Shown: piece after piece, positions 28,323 to 37,781 of the stretch
Position numbering within the stretch: position 1 is the stretch's first letter
Layout of the letters: each line of letters opens with the position of its first letter
IMG/VR virus record: IMGVR_UViG_3300027782_000025
Span: 62,001 to 126,000 of that record
Direction: 5' to 3' (one strand)
Length of the DNA: 64,000 nucleotides
Made by a program: the position numbers and the translations under genes
The notes under the pieces: generated by a model
Seen by the model: the letters and a program-made list of their open reading frames with translations, nothing else
Told to the model about the DNA's origin: nothing
Databases searched by the model: none

Positions 28323-29918
28323 TTATTTAGGATATTCTTTTGGTTTGCCAGTGAGACCATTCTTAGGCTGGCGGTTGTTTAAACCTTTGGCGGTGACTTC
28401 CTTGAAATCGGACATTGAAGGCTCTTTACTGCCTTCTTCTGTCTTCTTTCCTTCAGCTTTATCGATCATATATCCGGTCTTCATGACTTCTTGAGTGTTC
28501 TCAAAAAGAGGATTAAAGCTTGGATATCGATTCTTGAGCATAGTTAGCGCTTGGCCGACTTTCTGCTTGCTGCTGGTGATTTTGCAATAACCGGCGTTGC
28601 AATCCCAAGATTCGTTTAATTTTGCGCCAATAATCCTTCGACCATAACGTGCATTCTCTTTAATAATGTTTCGTGCTTCGGTGAAAAATCTAGTGAGTTT
28701 ACGCTGTAATCCTTCAGCCATATCATCCTTTTTGCCACCACCACACTTTCCGCTACCACATGAACCGTGAGCTTCTTTGCACTTGCAGAATGGTGGGCAC
28801 TTGCATTCTCCACCTTTAGCACATTCACAACCACTATCTTCGTCGCCACCGTAGCCCCAGCCTTCACCGGTCGATGGCCTCTTGCTTGGATCGAGTCTAG
28901 AAGGGTCATTTGGGTCATATGGCGCTTCTGGCGCTTCTGGTCTAGTCGTAGAGAAATCTCTCCTAGCAGGTTCGGGGTAAGGATTTTCGCGGAAATTGGT
29001 GCCAGTCATAGGGTTATCTTCGGGGTCTAACGGAGTGCCGTCTTCGCCAAGGCCCCAGCCATCCCCCATACCACAATTACCCTCTGGAGACTCATCTTCG
29101 AATTCATCTTCGCCGCCGATGCCATAGCCATGATTTGATGGATTATCGTCGGGATTTAACTTAGAAGGATTTGCTGGATCAAATGGCATTTCTGGCTTTT
29201 CCGCAGGCTTCTCATATAACTCATGGCCTGGATTTTTGTGATACTTTTTTGTATCGATGTCAGCGGGAGTCCATTCTTCGCCCATTCCCATACCCATGTC
29301 GGATTCTGAGATGTAGAATCTGTGGATGCCGTCATGATGCTCGGTAAAAACGAATTCTTTATTATTCTCGATCAATTGGCGAAACATGTCTTCAGATAAC
29401 GGATAATCAAAGCCGTTGGCTCGGCAGACATTTTTAAATTCTAGCATATTGACCGAACGACGGGTACCAGCATATTGGTTAAACATGTCTTGGAGATTAT
29501 ATTCTTCTCCAATCATACTGCCGATTGAATCTGGATTCCAGCCTTCTAATTTAGGTTCAGGAGCAGCGCCAGTGTAATCATAGCCTGTTGCGAATTCGCC
29601 AGAAGCACCATCGTTGGTTGGGCCGTCTGGCCAATCGTGTCCGACCTTTTCTTGGAAGCCGTCCGAAGCTTCGCCGTGGGAGCTGCTGGTTTCAGAACCA
29701 GCAACCACACCTTTATCATTAACTCTGTTTTTATTTTTAGGATGCGTTTGTTCGGTGCCGCCGTGGCCGCCCTTAAGTTGGCGTCTCTCACCACCCACAA
29801 CGCCTGCGCCTGAGCCTTCTACTCTCTTCATCTTAGGAGATCCTGGCTTGTAACCAGCAGCGTCAAAAGGTGGTTCATAATTTTCACTAATTCTTCTTCG
29901 GTCATTATTACTAGCCAT
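28323..29918 (-). CDS. Gly/acidic low-complexity protein with metallothionein-like Cys cluster (probable internal head protein)
   Basis: 531 aa; internal duplication PxxP[FY]DPxxPSxL[ND]P...G[YW]GxGG; CECxxGGxCKCPPFCKC; many [IL]-x-E sites; AAGGAG RBS. Confidence 0.65.
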   Translation of the reverse strand: MASNNDRRRISENYEPPFDAAGYKPGSPKMKRVEGSGAGVVGGERRQLKGGHGGTEQTHPKNKNRVNDKGVVAGSETSSSHGEASDGFQEKVGHDWPDGPTNDGASGEFATGYDYTGAAPEPKLEGWNPDSIGSMIGEEYNLQDMFNQYAGTRRSVNMLEFKNVCRANGFDYPLSEDMFRQLIENNKEFVFTEHHDGIHRFYISESDMGMGMGEEWTPADIDTKKYHKNPGHELYEKPAEKPEMPFDPANPSKLNPDDNPSNHGYGIGGEDEFEDESPEGNCGMGDGWGLGEDGTPLDPEDNPMTGTNFRENPYPEPARRDFSTTRPEAPEAPYDPNDPSRLDPSKRPSTGEGWGYGGDEDSGCECAKGGECKCPPFCKCKEAHGSCGSGKCGGGKKDDMAEGLQRKLTRFFTEARNIIKENARYGRRIIGAKLNESWDCNAGYCKITSSKQKVGQALTMLKNRYPSFNPLFENTQEVMKTGYMIDKAEGKKTEEGSKEPSMSDFKEVTAKGLNNRQPKNGLTGKPKEYPK

Positions 29919-29939
29919 GATATCTCCTTAAATGACAAT

Positions 29940-29948
29940 TATATTTAT
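29940..29948 (-). promoter_or_regulatory. putative late promoter (ATAAATATA)
   Basis: TAAATATA about 22 nt upstream of 531-aa gene. Confidence 0.45.
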
Positions 29949-30523
29949 ATTTGTCTAGTGACCCGCATTTGTTCTATCATCAATTGGATCGATCTATCGA
30001 GATCGTCTGTAAACATTGCACGAATACCATCATGCTTCTTATTCTTTAATCTCCTCTTTTTCTTACTACCTTTACCATTACCATCATAATCGGGCTGAAA
30101 AAGCATTGGTAATGCGCCGGTAGAAATAGCACCGGTGCCGCACATGGTTTCATTATACATCTCGACGTTAATTGGGGAATATAATTCTGAACCATCCTTT
30201 TCAAGATCCGTTCTTACGTCGTCAGATAATCGTACATCTGATAAATTAGTCACAAGCGGCATTGATGATGCCATATTTGTAATAGTTTCATTATTATCTC
30301 TTACCGTATCCCCAGGAGATCCAATTAACTGAGGATCTTGGGGAGCAACATTCTTTGCACGGCTGATCATCGGCTCTTCAGCGCTAATGGAATAAGTAAT
30401 CTGATCCATAAGGCCAGCTATAGCTTCGACTAATGTACCTTCTCCATTAGCTCTCACTAATTCTACGCCGCCTGTCCGATTTAATCTCTTATGGGCTTTT
30501 TTGGTATTCTTTTTAATAGCCAT
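29945..30523 (-). CDS. hypothetical protein
   Basis: 192 aa ORF in operon. Confidence 0.6.
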   Translation of the reverse strand: MAIKKNTKKAHKRLNRTGGVELVRANGEGTLVEAIAGLMDQITYSISAEEPMISRAKNVAPQDPQLIGSPGDTVRDNNETITNMASSMPLVTNLSDVRLSDDVRTDLEKDGSELYSPINVEMYNETMCGTGAISTGALPMLFQPDYDGNGKGSKKKRRLKNKKHDGIRAMFTDDLDRSIQLMIEQMRVTRQI

Positions 30524-30990
30524 TTTGTCTCAGGAATTTTACCCTGAACCTCTATATCTTCAACATTTAAATATTCTATATAGGCTTTGCCTTCGGCAAG
30601 CATATATTCGTATTGTATTTTTCCGTCGAGAAACTTTAGCAACAAATTGTTAATATCGGCATTGTCAGCCAACAAAATCGTTCTTCGCGGATAGGTTAAA
30701 GTATTTCCTGTGAAATATCGTTCGATCGATGCAATATATTCTGTATTTTCATCCCTTATGACAGCGCTGGGAAAATTAATAACTAAAAATTCCATCAGCT
30801 TTTCTTTTAAACCAGCAACTTCTATATCGGGCAATAATTCTACCATTATCCTTGCATTATTACTGCAGCTCTTAGATGCTCTGAATTTTTCGATAAAGAC
30901 ACCGTAGAGATTTTCGTCGGTTTCTTTTAACCATTGCTGCCAGAGTGGATGAGATGCTAAAGAACAATATAGCTCAGTTTTTATTTTCAT
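30481..30990 (-). CDS. hypothetical protein
   Basis: 169 aa, ATGA-coupled to fibre gene. Confidence 0.6.
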   Translation of the reverse strand: MKIKTELYCSLASHPLWQQWLKETDENLYGVFIEKFRASKSCSNNARIMVELLPDIEVAGLKEKLMEFLVINFPSAVIRDENTEYIASIERYFTGNTLTYPRRTILLADNADINNLLLKFLDGKIQYEYMLAEGKAYIEYLNVEDIEVQGKIPETKWLLKRIPKKPIRD

Positions 30991-33900
30991 AGAATCAGCC
31001 AGTACACACCAACTTGTCCTAGATAAAAATCCTTCATCATAAATCTAAAACTACTTACGCTCGGCAGCATCACAGTTTTTCCATCTATGCTAGGCATAGC
31101 AATTAAAGTACCAGTTATACCAGTCGCTTTTTCAGCGTCTATAATCAGATAAACATCTCCTATTTCATTTTCTATTTTAGTCGACTTGCTAAGATCTAGC
31201 TTTTGAAGGTCGACAGCGGCAAGGATTATTACCTTGTCCTTATATGAATCGGCTCGTTCAATCGAAATGCTGATTTTACCGCTCGAATTTTTTGGATTTT
31301 TAGAAGGTATCCAAACCCTTATATCGCCACCGTCATGCATAAATTCGACATACTTATTCTTATACCTATTGGCAGCATCCGCCAACGATTTGAAAGAACC
31401 CTCAGAAAGTAATGACTTTACTATCGCTTTTGAATTATATTGGTAGAGCACTCTTATATCTGCTCTATAATAACCATCGATCCTTGATGACATGTTATCG
31501 ATTTTAACTCTATACTGATTTGTCGGCAAATTTAGCGTTATGGCCGTATCTTCATTGGCATTGGTCTTAACATTTACTTCGATCGACGATACCGTTTCAT
31601 AATTAGCATCCTTAATAGTCACACCGCTAATAAGTTTATTAGTAGCAATCGCTCTAAAATTATTAGTCGAACTAGCTACAGTTATGTTCTTATAGGCCGG
31701 TATAAAAGCATTGGTAGAATATTTAAAAGAATAACCCCACCTGTTTAATGAATCAGTCGATAACAAAGACGCATAAAACTTAGCTATTGGAATTGTACCG
31801 TCAGCGCATGCCAATGTCGCATTCGTAGCAGACAGTTTATTAAAATTAAGACCAAAACAATTGTTAAAACTTGCACTAGTTGAGCTCATACTTATTGCGG
31901 CGTTTAATTGAGCTGATAAATATGAACTATCGAGAGCGGCTTTTCGGCCGGCATTGGCGGTGTTTATAACGCCACCCAGAGCGCCATTGGCACTAAAGAA
32001 ATAAACCGGAAGAATATCTGCAGTAGCTTTAAACAATGGCGAATTACAAGTCGGACTGTTTAATAAATCCACCAAATCACTGATAGCCATAGTTGCTCGA
32101 CCCATAACACCTGGCGAACACTCATTGGGCTTAGCTAATGCCGAAATTTTGGTCTGAGCCGACCTAGTTCCTGTGTCAAACGGCGCGACAGCCGTCACCA
32201 TGCTAGTCTCCAAAGTCGCATCGATATTATCATTTATGTAATTAGGCGGATTCAGAGAACTATCTAGATATCTGGCCGTATAATAAACACCGGCGGCCGG
32301 TTGGTTAACAGGATTTGGACTATAACTACTATTACAACCGATAATCATCCTTTCAGCGCTAAAGAAAGAGCCAGTCTGATCTTTAGCGCTGCTGAAACCT
32401 AGAGCACTACTGACTTTATTGACGATTAGCTTAAGACCTAAATCATTAGTCGGAAATAATTGGCCAGCAACGTTTAATCTAAAGCCCGGCACCACGATAC
32501 TCGGCAGTCCTGGGTTTTGCTTCCCTGTTTTAAGATCCATGGTCGGCTGAAATTCTATATAAGATATGGGAGAAGTGTCAGGGAAAGACTTACCAATCGA
32601 TTTTTTGACTGCTTCTCTTATATTAGAAACAGATATGGTTTCTTCATTAAAATAATAGCCTTCATTACCGTTAAACGGATAACGCACGGCATCATTGTCA
32701 TCCACAATTCTATATAGTTCACGCGACAATAATTTACCCTTTAGCTTTAATAGTTCAGCACAGCTTACGATATTGCTTGAATTAGCGTTAGGGAAATTAC
32801 TCCTATATTCTTGGCTTCCGGTTCGTGCATCCTGATACATATTGAATTGGCCGCCATCAGCTTTGCATCTGTCTCTTAAATCTATCCAGTACCTCTCCAA
32901 TCCATCCATCTGAGGAAAAATCGCATAAGCAAGATCAAACGTTAATTGACGACCAGTTAGATTCTCTGGAACATTGCCTGTAAACCCAATATCGAAAGTA
33001 TACTTCCCTGGGGCCACTAATCTAGGATCATTATCAGCTGGTGGCCATGATGGTTTAGTCTGAACATCTCCAAAAATACCAGTAAGATCAAAAGTAGACC
33101 TGTTAGAAACTAATTCGAATACTGGATCATTATGAGGTAATCGAGCATTCTTAGAATACTTCGGTACACTCGGAAGAGCCTCTAATATTTTCGGTACCGT
33201 AGACCTTGTAATCGATACCTTAATGGGTAATATCTGTGATAATGAACCATCAGCATCATTGGTTACAAACACATTTAGCACAAAATCGCCAGCTACTGTT
33301 GGTGTTAGATTAAATGAAAATGTATTTGGGGTCACGAATGTAACAGCCAAAGAAGAAGTAGGAAAGGCTGTAGATAGAGTCTTACCGACATCATCGATAA
33401 TACCAACCAGTACGGTACCGTTTGGATATCCAACAGCTAGTAAATTAAACGGCCCGAGTGTGAAAGGCTCATCTAAATAAGCATTGATATTTTGACCACT
33501 ATAAAGTGGATATGTTAGAAAAAGCCCAGAAGATGGCGGAGCAGCAATAGTTACTTTATTTAACGTTACTGAAGAGCTAGAAGATAACATCGGGGCCATT
33601 GTCATCGTATTTCCCGCAGCGACTTGAACGCTTCTTAGCGAGCAAGCATTTACATAAATATCATAAGTTCCAGTTTTTGAATATGCGGTGATAAGGAATT
33701 TGCCTACATTGTTGGTATCGACCCCATAAGCGATGGTTTGTGCGAAATCTGGTAAGAAGAATCTTTCCCAAGAGCCACCACCATCTGGTGATACTATAAC
33801 ATCGATATCACCCACGATAATAAACACGCCATTACCATAAGACAGATTTAGCTTAACACGCTCATACACATCAAAGGCAAATGCTAGTGATAAGCTCCAA

Positions 33901-36900
33901 CTATTTAAATCTTTACTAATATATGCGCCATTTGAAGCCAACAATAAATAAACCCCATCTCCACAGACTATATCGTAGAACTCACCTTTACCATAAGGTG
34001 GTATAGAGTCTGATGGAAGTTTAAATTCTATATAATTAACCCCATTTCCAGATCTATAGCCAACAGATTTTACACCAGTTATTGTCTTCGTAGGAATTAT
34101 TAAGAACTCACCGTTACAAAAGTTCAATCGACAATCGAAATTAAAGATAGCAGAGTCATTATCAAGGTATGTTATACCATCGTTTGATGTAAGAATTCTA
34201 GTTCTCGGTGGTACTTCTTTGGTAGGATTATAAGAATAAGCAGCAGCGACATAAATTTTATTTCCGTATTTGGCATCCTGTATTAATTCAGCATTATCAT
34301 CTATACCATCTAGTTTTCGGAAGGTAAAATTAGCACCGCTATCTAAAGAATATATAACACCAAATGTGTCTAATTGCTCGACACTGTTGATCACTTTCAT
34401 CGAATAACCAAAATATAACACTCTATCTGGACCGACTACCAAACCGATTTTGCCGTTAGGCCTCGGTCTGAGTGAATATCGCTGACTTGACGCTCCAACC
34501 CAATTTATGGCGTCAGACGAACTAACTACATATTGCTCTTTCGTGTCTCCGACACCTATCGCAAAAAACTTATTCTGCCCGTAGGCTAAATCTACATAAT
34601 TGAATAGCCTCGGCATCCGATAAGTGTCCCACTTGCTGCCGCAAGTGATTGGTATAGAGGGAACTAGGCTTCCAAGGTTTGCTGTCTGAACAGACATCCC
34701 GATAGGCAAAGCACCAGATGTACTATTAAAAGTACTCGATATGGAGAGTTGGGTGCTTGTAGATGTAGAAAGGCCTAACGCAGAAGTTTTTAGCTTTTTA
34801 CTAGCATAATCAGAATCAGAATATACTAATAAGCCTGTACCGTCTGGGGCTAAATAACCAATGACCCAGCTAGCGCTCGGAAATCGCTGTCCTCTATCAA
34901 ATAGACCAGTAAAACCGAGATATTGACTGCCAGTCGCGAGGGAAGCATTAACCGACGGAAAAGGTATAGCTGTTAGAGTGCTAGGTGGAGTGTAGTTAGC
35001 TAGATAAACGATATATGCCGCATCTGTGCCTACACACAAAGCGCAAATGCCCATGCCATTAGTCTGGGGATTGCACCCGCCTTGTTCTACTCCAATAACG
35101 CTAAGATTTACCATAACGCCAGAAGCTGTTTTAGCTTCTAGCATCGAATTGCCAGGTTTGACAAATTTTGCATAGTCATATTTAGTAGAAAATGATAGGT
35201 CCGAAAAAGGTGACCAACCAGATATTCCATTCCATCCTAGCATAGAATCTAAATATGAAGGTTGTTGACCAAATTTACAAAACTCTGAAGAGTCGTACGC
35301 TATTGGCTTTCCGCTCGAATTTACGTATCTTGATATAAACTTTGTTGGTATTTTCGGGTCCGTAGAATCAAACCTCGAAAATTGAATAATTGCATGCACA
35401 CCCCAAGGAAAGTTCATAGCACCCTTGCCGCATGGGGTACCGTCAGACTGTAACGGTGGTTGCGGCATTTTACCTGAGTAATAAGGAGGATACCTAACGC
35501 TAGCAGTAAAAGTCAAGACACCATTGACGGATGAGCCTAATTGAACATAATCTGAACAAGTCAGAGAGAACGCATCAAATATATTCTGCGTATCAACGTC
35601 GCCTTGGGGGTATAACTGCCCAAAAGTAGCTCCGCCATCGCTCGAATAATAAAAAGCCGCTTTTTTCCGCGCCCAAGGTGATGTATTATTATTATTTTTA
35701 CCAAAATCATAACTATTATTAAATACTACCATGACCTCTAATTTTTGGCCGAGGTGAGTTGGGCTTACAGCTATTAACGAAGAAAAAGCTGTCCCAATCA
35801 CATCAGGACTGTTAGTCTGTATCGGAAACCCATCTAGAGGCTTACTCAATAGCCAATTTTTACCATCAGCACTGCTAGCGACATATGCTTTTGCAAATGA
35901 TAAATCTCCAGGATATTTCGTATTAATTGTCTTGATGGCCACCCAAAATTTACCACCTTCATATCTAAATTCTGATAAAGTTCTTTGGAATTCTTCATCA
36001 AGTGGTAATTTGATTTTAAAATCGATAGCGCTGGCTGTTGTTGGGCATTTGAATGATGCTGTGGGTGTGGCGGTTGGTGTGGCCGTTGGTGTGGCCGTTG
36101 GTGTAGCAGCAGGGGTAACTGACGGTGTCGGAGTAGCGACTGGCAAGCATATTATTTCATGGTATGTGTTTAGTCCGCTTGTCGTCTTACCGACTAAAAC
36201 ATACATCCCTTGTAAACTAGATAAGCCGCCGCTGATAGTAACATATTCACCGACCTTAAAGCTAGAGGTGACGGCACCGACTTCATAAAACACAGACTTT
36301 GTCTGCGGTATACCGGTCTTACCAGAAAGCCAAAAAACGGTATTTGAAGCATTCGTAACTGCCTTGGATGTCATGCCTCTAACGATACAGCCACTGCCGA
36401 TTAGTTCGGTACCTGCTGGCCAATCGGTAAAACAATTAAGAGTCGTAGCTGGCGTTGGCGTCGTCGGCGTAGGGGTAGCTGGCGTTGGTGTCGTCGGCGT
36501 AGGGGTCGAGTTCCCAGGTGTTGGCGCTGGATACTGTGGAAAAGGCTTTCCATCTGAGCAGATGTCCGGAGCACCAGCCGCGGTGTGATTAGGTGCATCT
36601 AAAGTGCTTAATAAAGTGGTACCGGAGGCAAAAGCAGCTTCATTACTGTCACGCCCATGCATAATGACCTTAGCGCCGCCGGCTGTTGCTGCCGCTGCAA
36701 CACTTTCAATATGCTTCCTAGTATCAATGTTACGTGTAGCCGATTCTACATATTGCAGGGCACAACATAGAGCTTGCTTTTGCTTTTCAAAGAGATTAGA
36801 CATCGTCACAAGCCAAAACTCTACTACTGATTCATAGCTGCTACGAAGATATTCGACTTTACGATCATATAAATTTTTAATCGGATCTGTGATCAGATTT

Positions 36901-37781
36901 AAATTTACATAATAGGCTGGCTGCATAGCATTACTGCCACCATTTAAGCAACCGGTGAATTCGATGCTATTATTCGCAGGGACATTGGTGGCGACATTTG
37001 CAGCAACGCCGACAGCAACGCCGTCAGTCACCAAAATAAGTGGGCTTTCATTTCTGGTTACAAAAAAATCGCTGGCTGATGAATCGAGTTTACCTAGACT
37101 CTTACGAGTTAGCAAGACGCTATAATCATTTGGTTTAGTAGGATCATCAACGACTTCTAAATCTGTAATTATAAGCTTAGAGTTAGGGTTTTGAGATACT
37201 ACAAATCTCTCTGATGACAAAGCTAATTTCGTTAATGGAGCAGCACCTTTAGCACCCTTGGTGCCTTGTGGGCCAGATAAAATCGAATTTTCGCCAGGGA
37301 TACCAGATTCACCCTGTTCACCACGATCACCGACTTTGCCTGTCAGATTTAACCTACCATAACTCTGAAGATAAGCTAATAAAATGTCCTTTCTGAATTC
37401 AAAGTCAAAGCCATAAGTATTTTCTTGTATTTTATATGGTTCTGAGGTGCTGTCTAGGAGAGGCGTAACATATGACACATCACCATGTATTTCGATAAAT
37501 CTATCTGAGCGCAATTCTAGAAAACCGCTCGAAAAGGAAGAAGTACAATGCTGACCGATGATTGTAGATCTTGGGAATGGGTATACCAACCTATTAAGCT
37601 TTTTAAAATCTAAAGCCGACATAGCCCCATCTCTATAGATCGTAGCTAATTCTAAAATCTTCGTTTCAGACAACAGCTCGTTCCAAGTCCGCATTCTAGA
37701 ATCATATTGATAAATAATGCCTGGCTCGAGCTCATATATCTGCCCGTTGGTGGGATTGTCTGGAAATTTGTTATTGTTCAT
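30987..37781 (-). CDS. large tail fibre / receptor-binding protein with collagen repeat, PT linkers and Asp-box beta-propeller
   Basis: FPDNPTNGQ N-terminus, GAMSALDFKKL motif, (GXY)n, PT-rich linkers, multiple S-x-D-G-x-x-[WF] Asp-boxes; ATG 37781 overlaps upstream stop (track start 37796). Confidence 0.75.
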   Translation of the reverse strand: MNNNKFPDNPTNGQIYELEPGIIYQYDSRMRTWNELLSETKILELATIYRDGAMSALDFKKLNRLVYPFPRSTIIGQHCTSSFSSGFLELRSDRFIEIHGDVSYVTPLLDSTSEPYKIQENTYGFDFEFRKDILLAYLQSYGRLNLTGKVGDRGEQGESGIPGENSILSGPQGTKGAKGAAPLTKLALSSERFVVSQNPNSKLIITDLEVVDDPTKPNDYSVLLTRKSLGKLDSSASDFFVTRNESPLILVTDGVAVGVAANVATNVPANNSIEFTGCLNGGSNAMQPAYYVNLNLITDPIKNLYDRKVEYLRSSYESVVEFWLVTMSNLFEKQKQALCCALQYVESATRNIDTRKHIESVAAAATAGGAKVIMHGRDSNEAAFASGTTLLSTLDAPNHTAAGAPDICSDGKPFPQYPAPTPGNSTPTPTTPTPATPTPTTPTPATTLNCFTDWPAGTELIGSGCIVRGMTSKAVTNASNTVFWLSGKTGIPQTKSVFYEVGAVTSSFKVGEYVTISGGLSSLQGMYVLVGKTTSGLNTYHEIICLPVATPTPSVTPAATPTATPTATPTATPTASFKCPTTASAIDFKIKLPLDEEFQRTLSEFRYEGGKFWVAIKTINTKYPGDLSFAKAYVASSADGKNWLLSKPLDGFPIQTNSPDVIGTAFSSLIAVSPTHLGQKLEVMVVFNNSYDFGKNNNNTSPWARKKAAFYYSSDGGATFGQLYPQGDVDTQNIFDAFSLTCSDYVQLGSSVNGVLTFTASVRYPPYYSGKMPQPPLQSDGTPCGKGAMNFPWGVHAIIQFSRFDSTDPKIPTKFISRYVNSSGKPIAYDSSEFCKFGQQPSYLDSMLGWNGISGWSPFSDLSFSTKYDYAKFVKPGNSMLEAKTASGVMVNLSVIGVEQGGCNPQTNGMGICALCVGTDAAYIVYLANYTPPSTLTAIPFPSVNASLATGSQYLGFTGLFDRGQRFPSASWVIGYLAPDGTGLLVYSDSDYASKKLKTSALGLSTSTSTQLSISSTFNSTSGALPIGMSVQTANLGSLVPSIPITCGSKWDTYRMPRLFNYVDLAYGQNKFFAIGVGDTKEQYVVSSSDAINWVGASSQRYSLRPRPNGKIGLVVGPDRVLYFGYSMKVINSVEQLDTFGVIYSLDSGANFTFRKLDGIDDNAELIQDAKYGNKIYVAAAYSYNPTKEVPPRTRILTSNDGITYLDNDSAIFNFDCRLNFCNGEFLIIPTKTITGVKSVGYRSGNGVNYIEFKLPSDSIPPYGKGEFYDIVCGDGVYLLLASNGAYISKDLNSWSLSLAFAFDVYERVKLNLSYGNGVFIIVGDIDVIVSPDGGGSWERFFLPDFAQTIAYGVDTNNVGKFLITAYSKTGTYDIYVNACSLRSVQVAAGNTMTMAPMLSSSSSVTLNKVTIAAPPSSGLFLTYPLYSGQNINAYLDEPFTLGPFNLLAVGYPNGTVLVGIIDDVGKTLSTAFPTSSLAVTFVTPNTFSFNLTPTVAGDFVLNVFVTNDADGSLSQILPIKVSITRSTVPKILEALPSVPKYSKNARLPHNDPVFELVSNRSTFDLTGIFGDVQTKPSWPPADNDPRLVAPGKYTFDIGFTGNVPENLTGRQLTFDLAYAIFPQMDGLERYWIDLRDRCKADGGQFNMYQDARTGSQEYRSNFPNANSSNIVSCAELLKLKGKLLSRELYRIVDDNDAVRYPFNGNEGYYFNEETISVSNIREAVKKSIGKSFPDTSPISYIEFQPTMDLKTGKQNPGLPSIVVPGFRLNVAGQLFPTNDLGLKLIVNKVSSALGFSSAKDQTGSFFSAERMIIGCNSSYSPNPVNQPAAGVYYTARYLDSSLNPPNYINDNIDATLETSMVTAVAPFDTGTRSAQTKISALAKPNECSPGVMGRATMAISDLVDLLNSPTCNSPLFKATADILPVYFFSANGALGGVINTANAGRKAALDSSYLSAQLNAAISMSSTSASFNNCFGLNFNKLSATNATLACADGTIPIAKFYASLLSTDSLNRWGYSFKYSTNAFIPAYKNITVASSTNNFRAIATNKLISGVTIKDANYETVSSIEVNVKTNANEDTAITLNLPTNQYRVKIDNMSSRIDGYYRADIRVLYQYNSKAIVKSLLSEGSFKSLADAANRYKNKYVEFMHDGGDIRVWIPSKNPKNSSGKISISIERADSYKDKVIILAAVDLQKLDLSKSTKIENEIGDVYLIIDAEKATGITGTLIAMPSIDGKTVMLPSVSSFRFMMKDFYLGQVGVYWLIL
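36445..36504. repeat. 30-bp tandem repeat x2 (PTPTTPTPAT linker)
   Basis: gtagctggcgttgg[ct]gtcgtcggcgtaggg twice. Confidence 0.85.
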
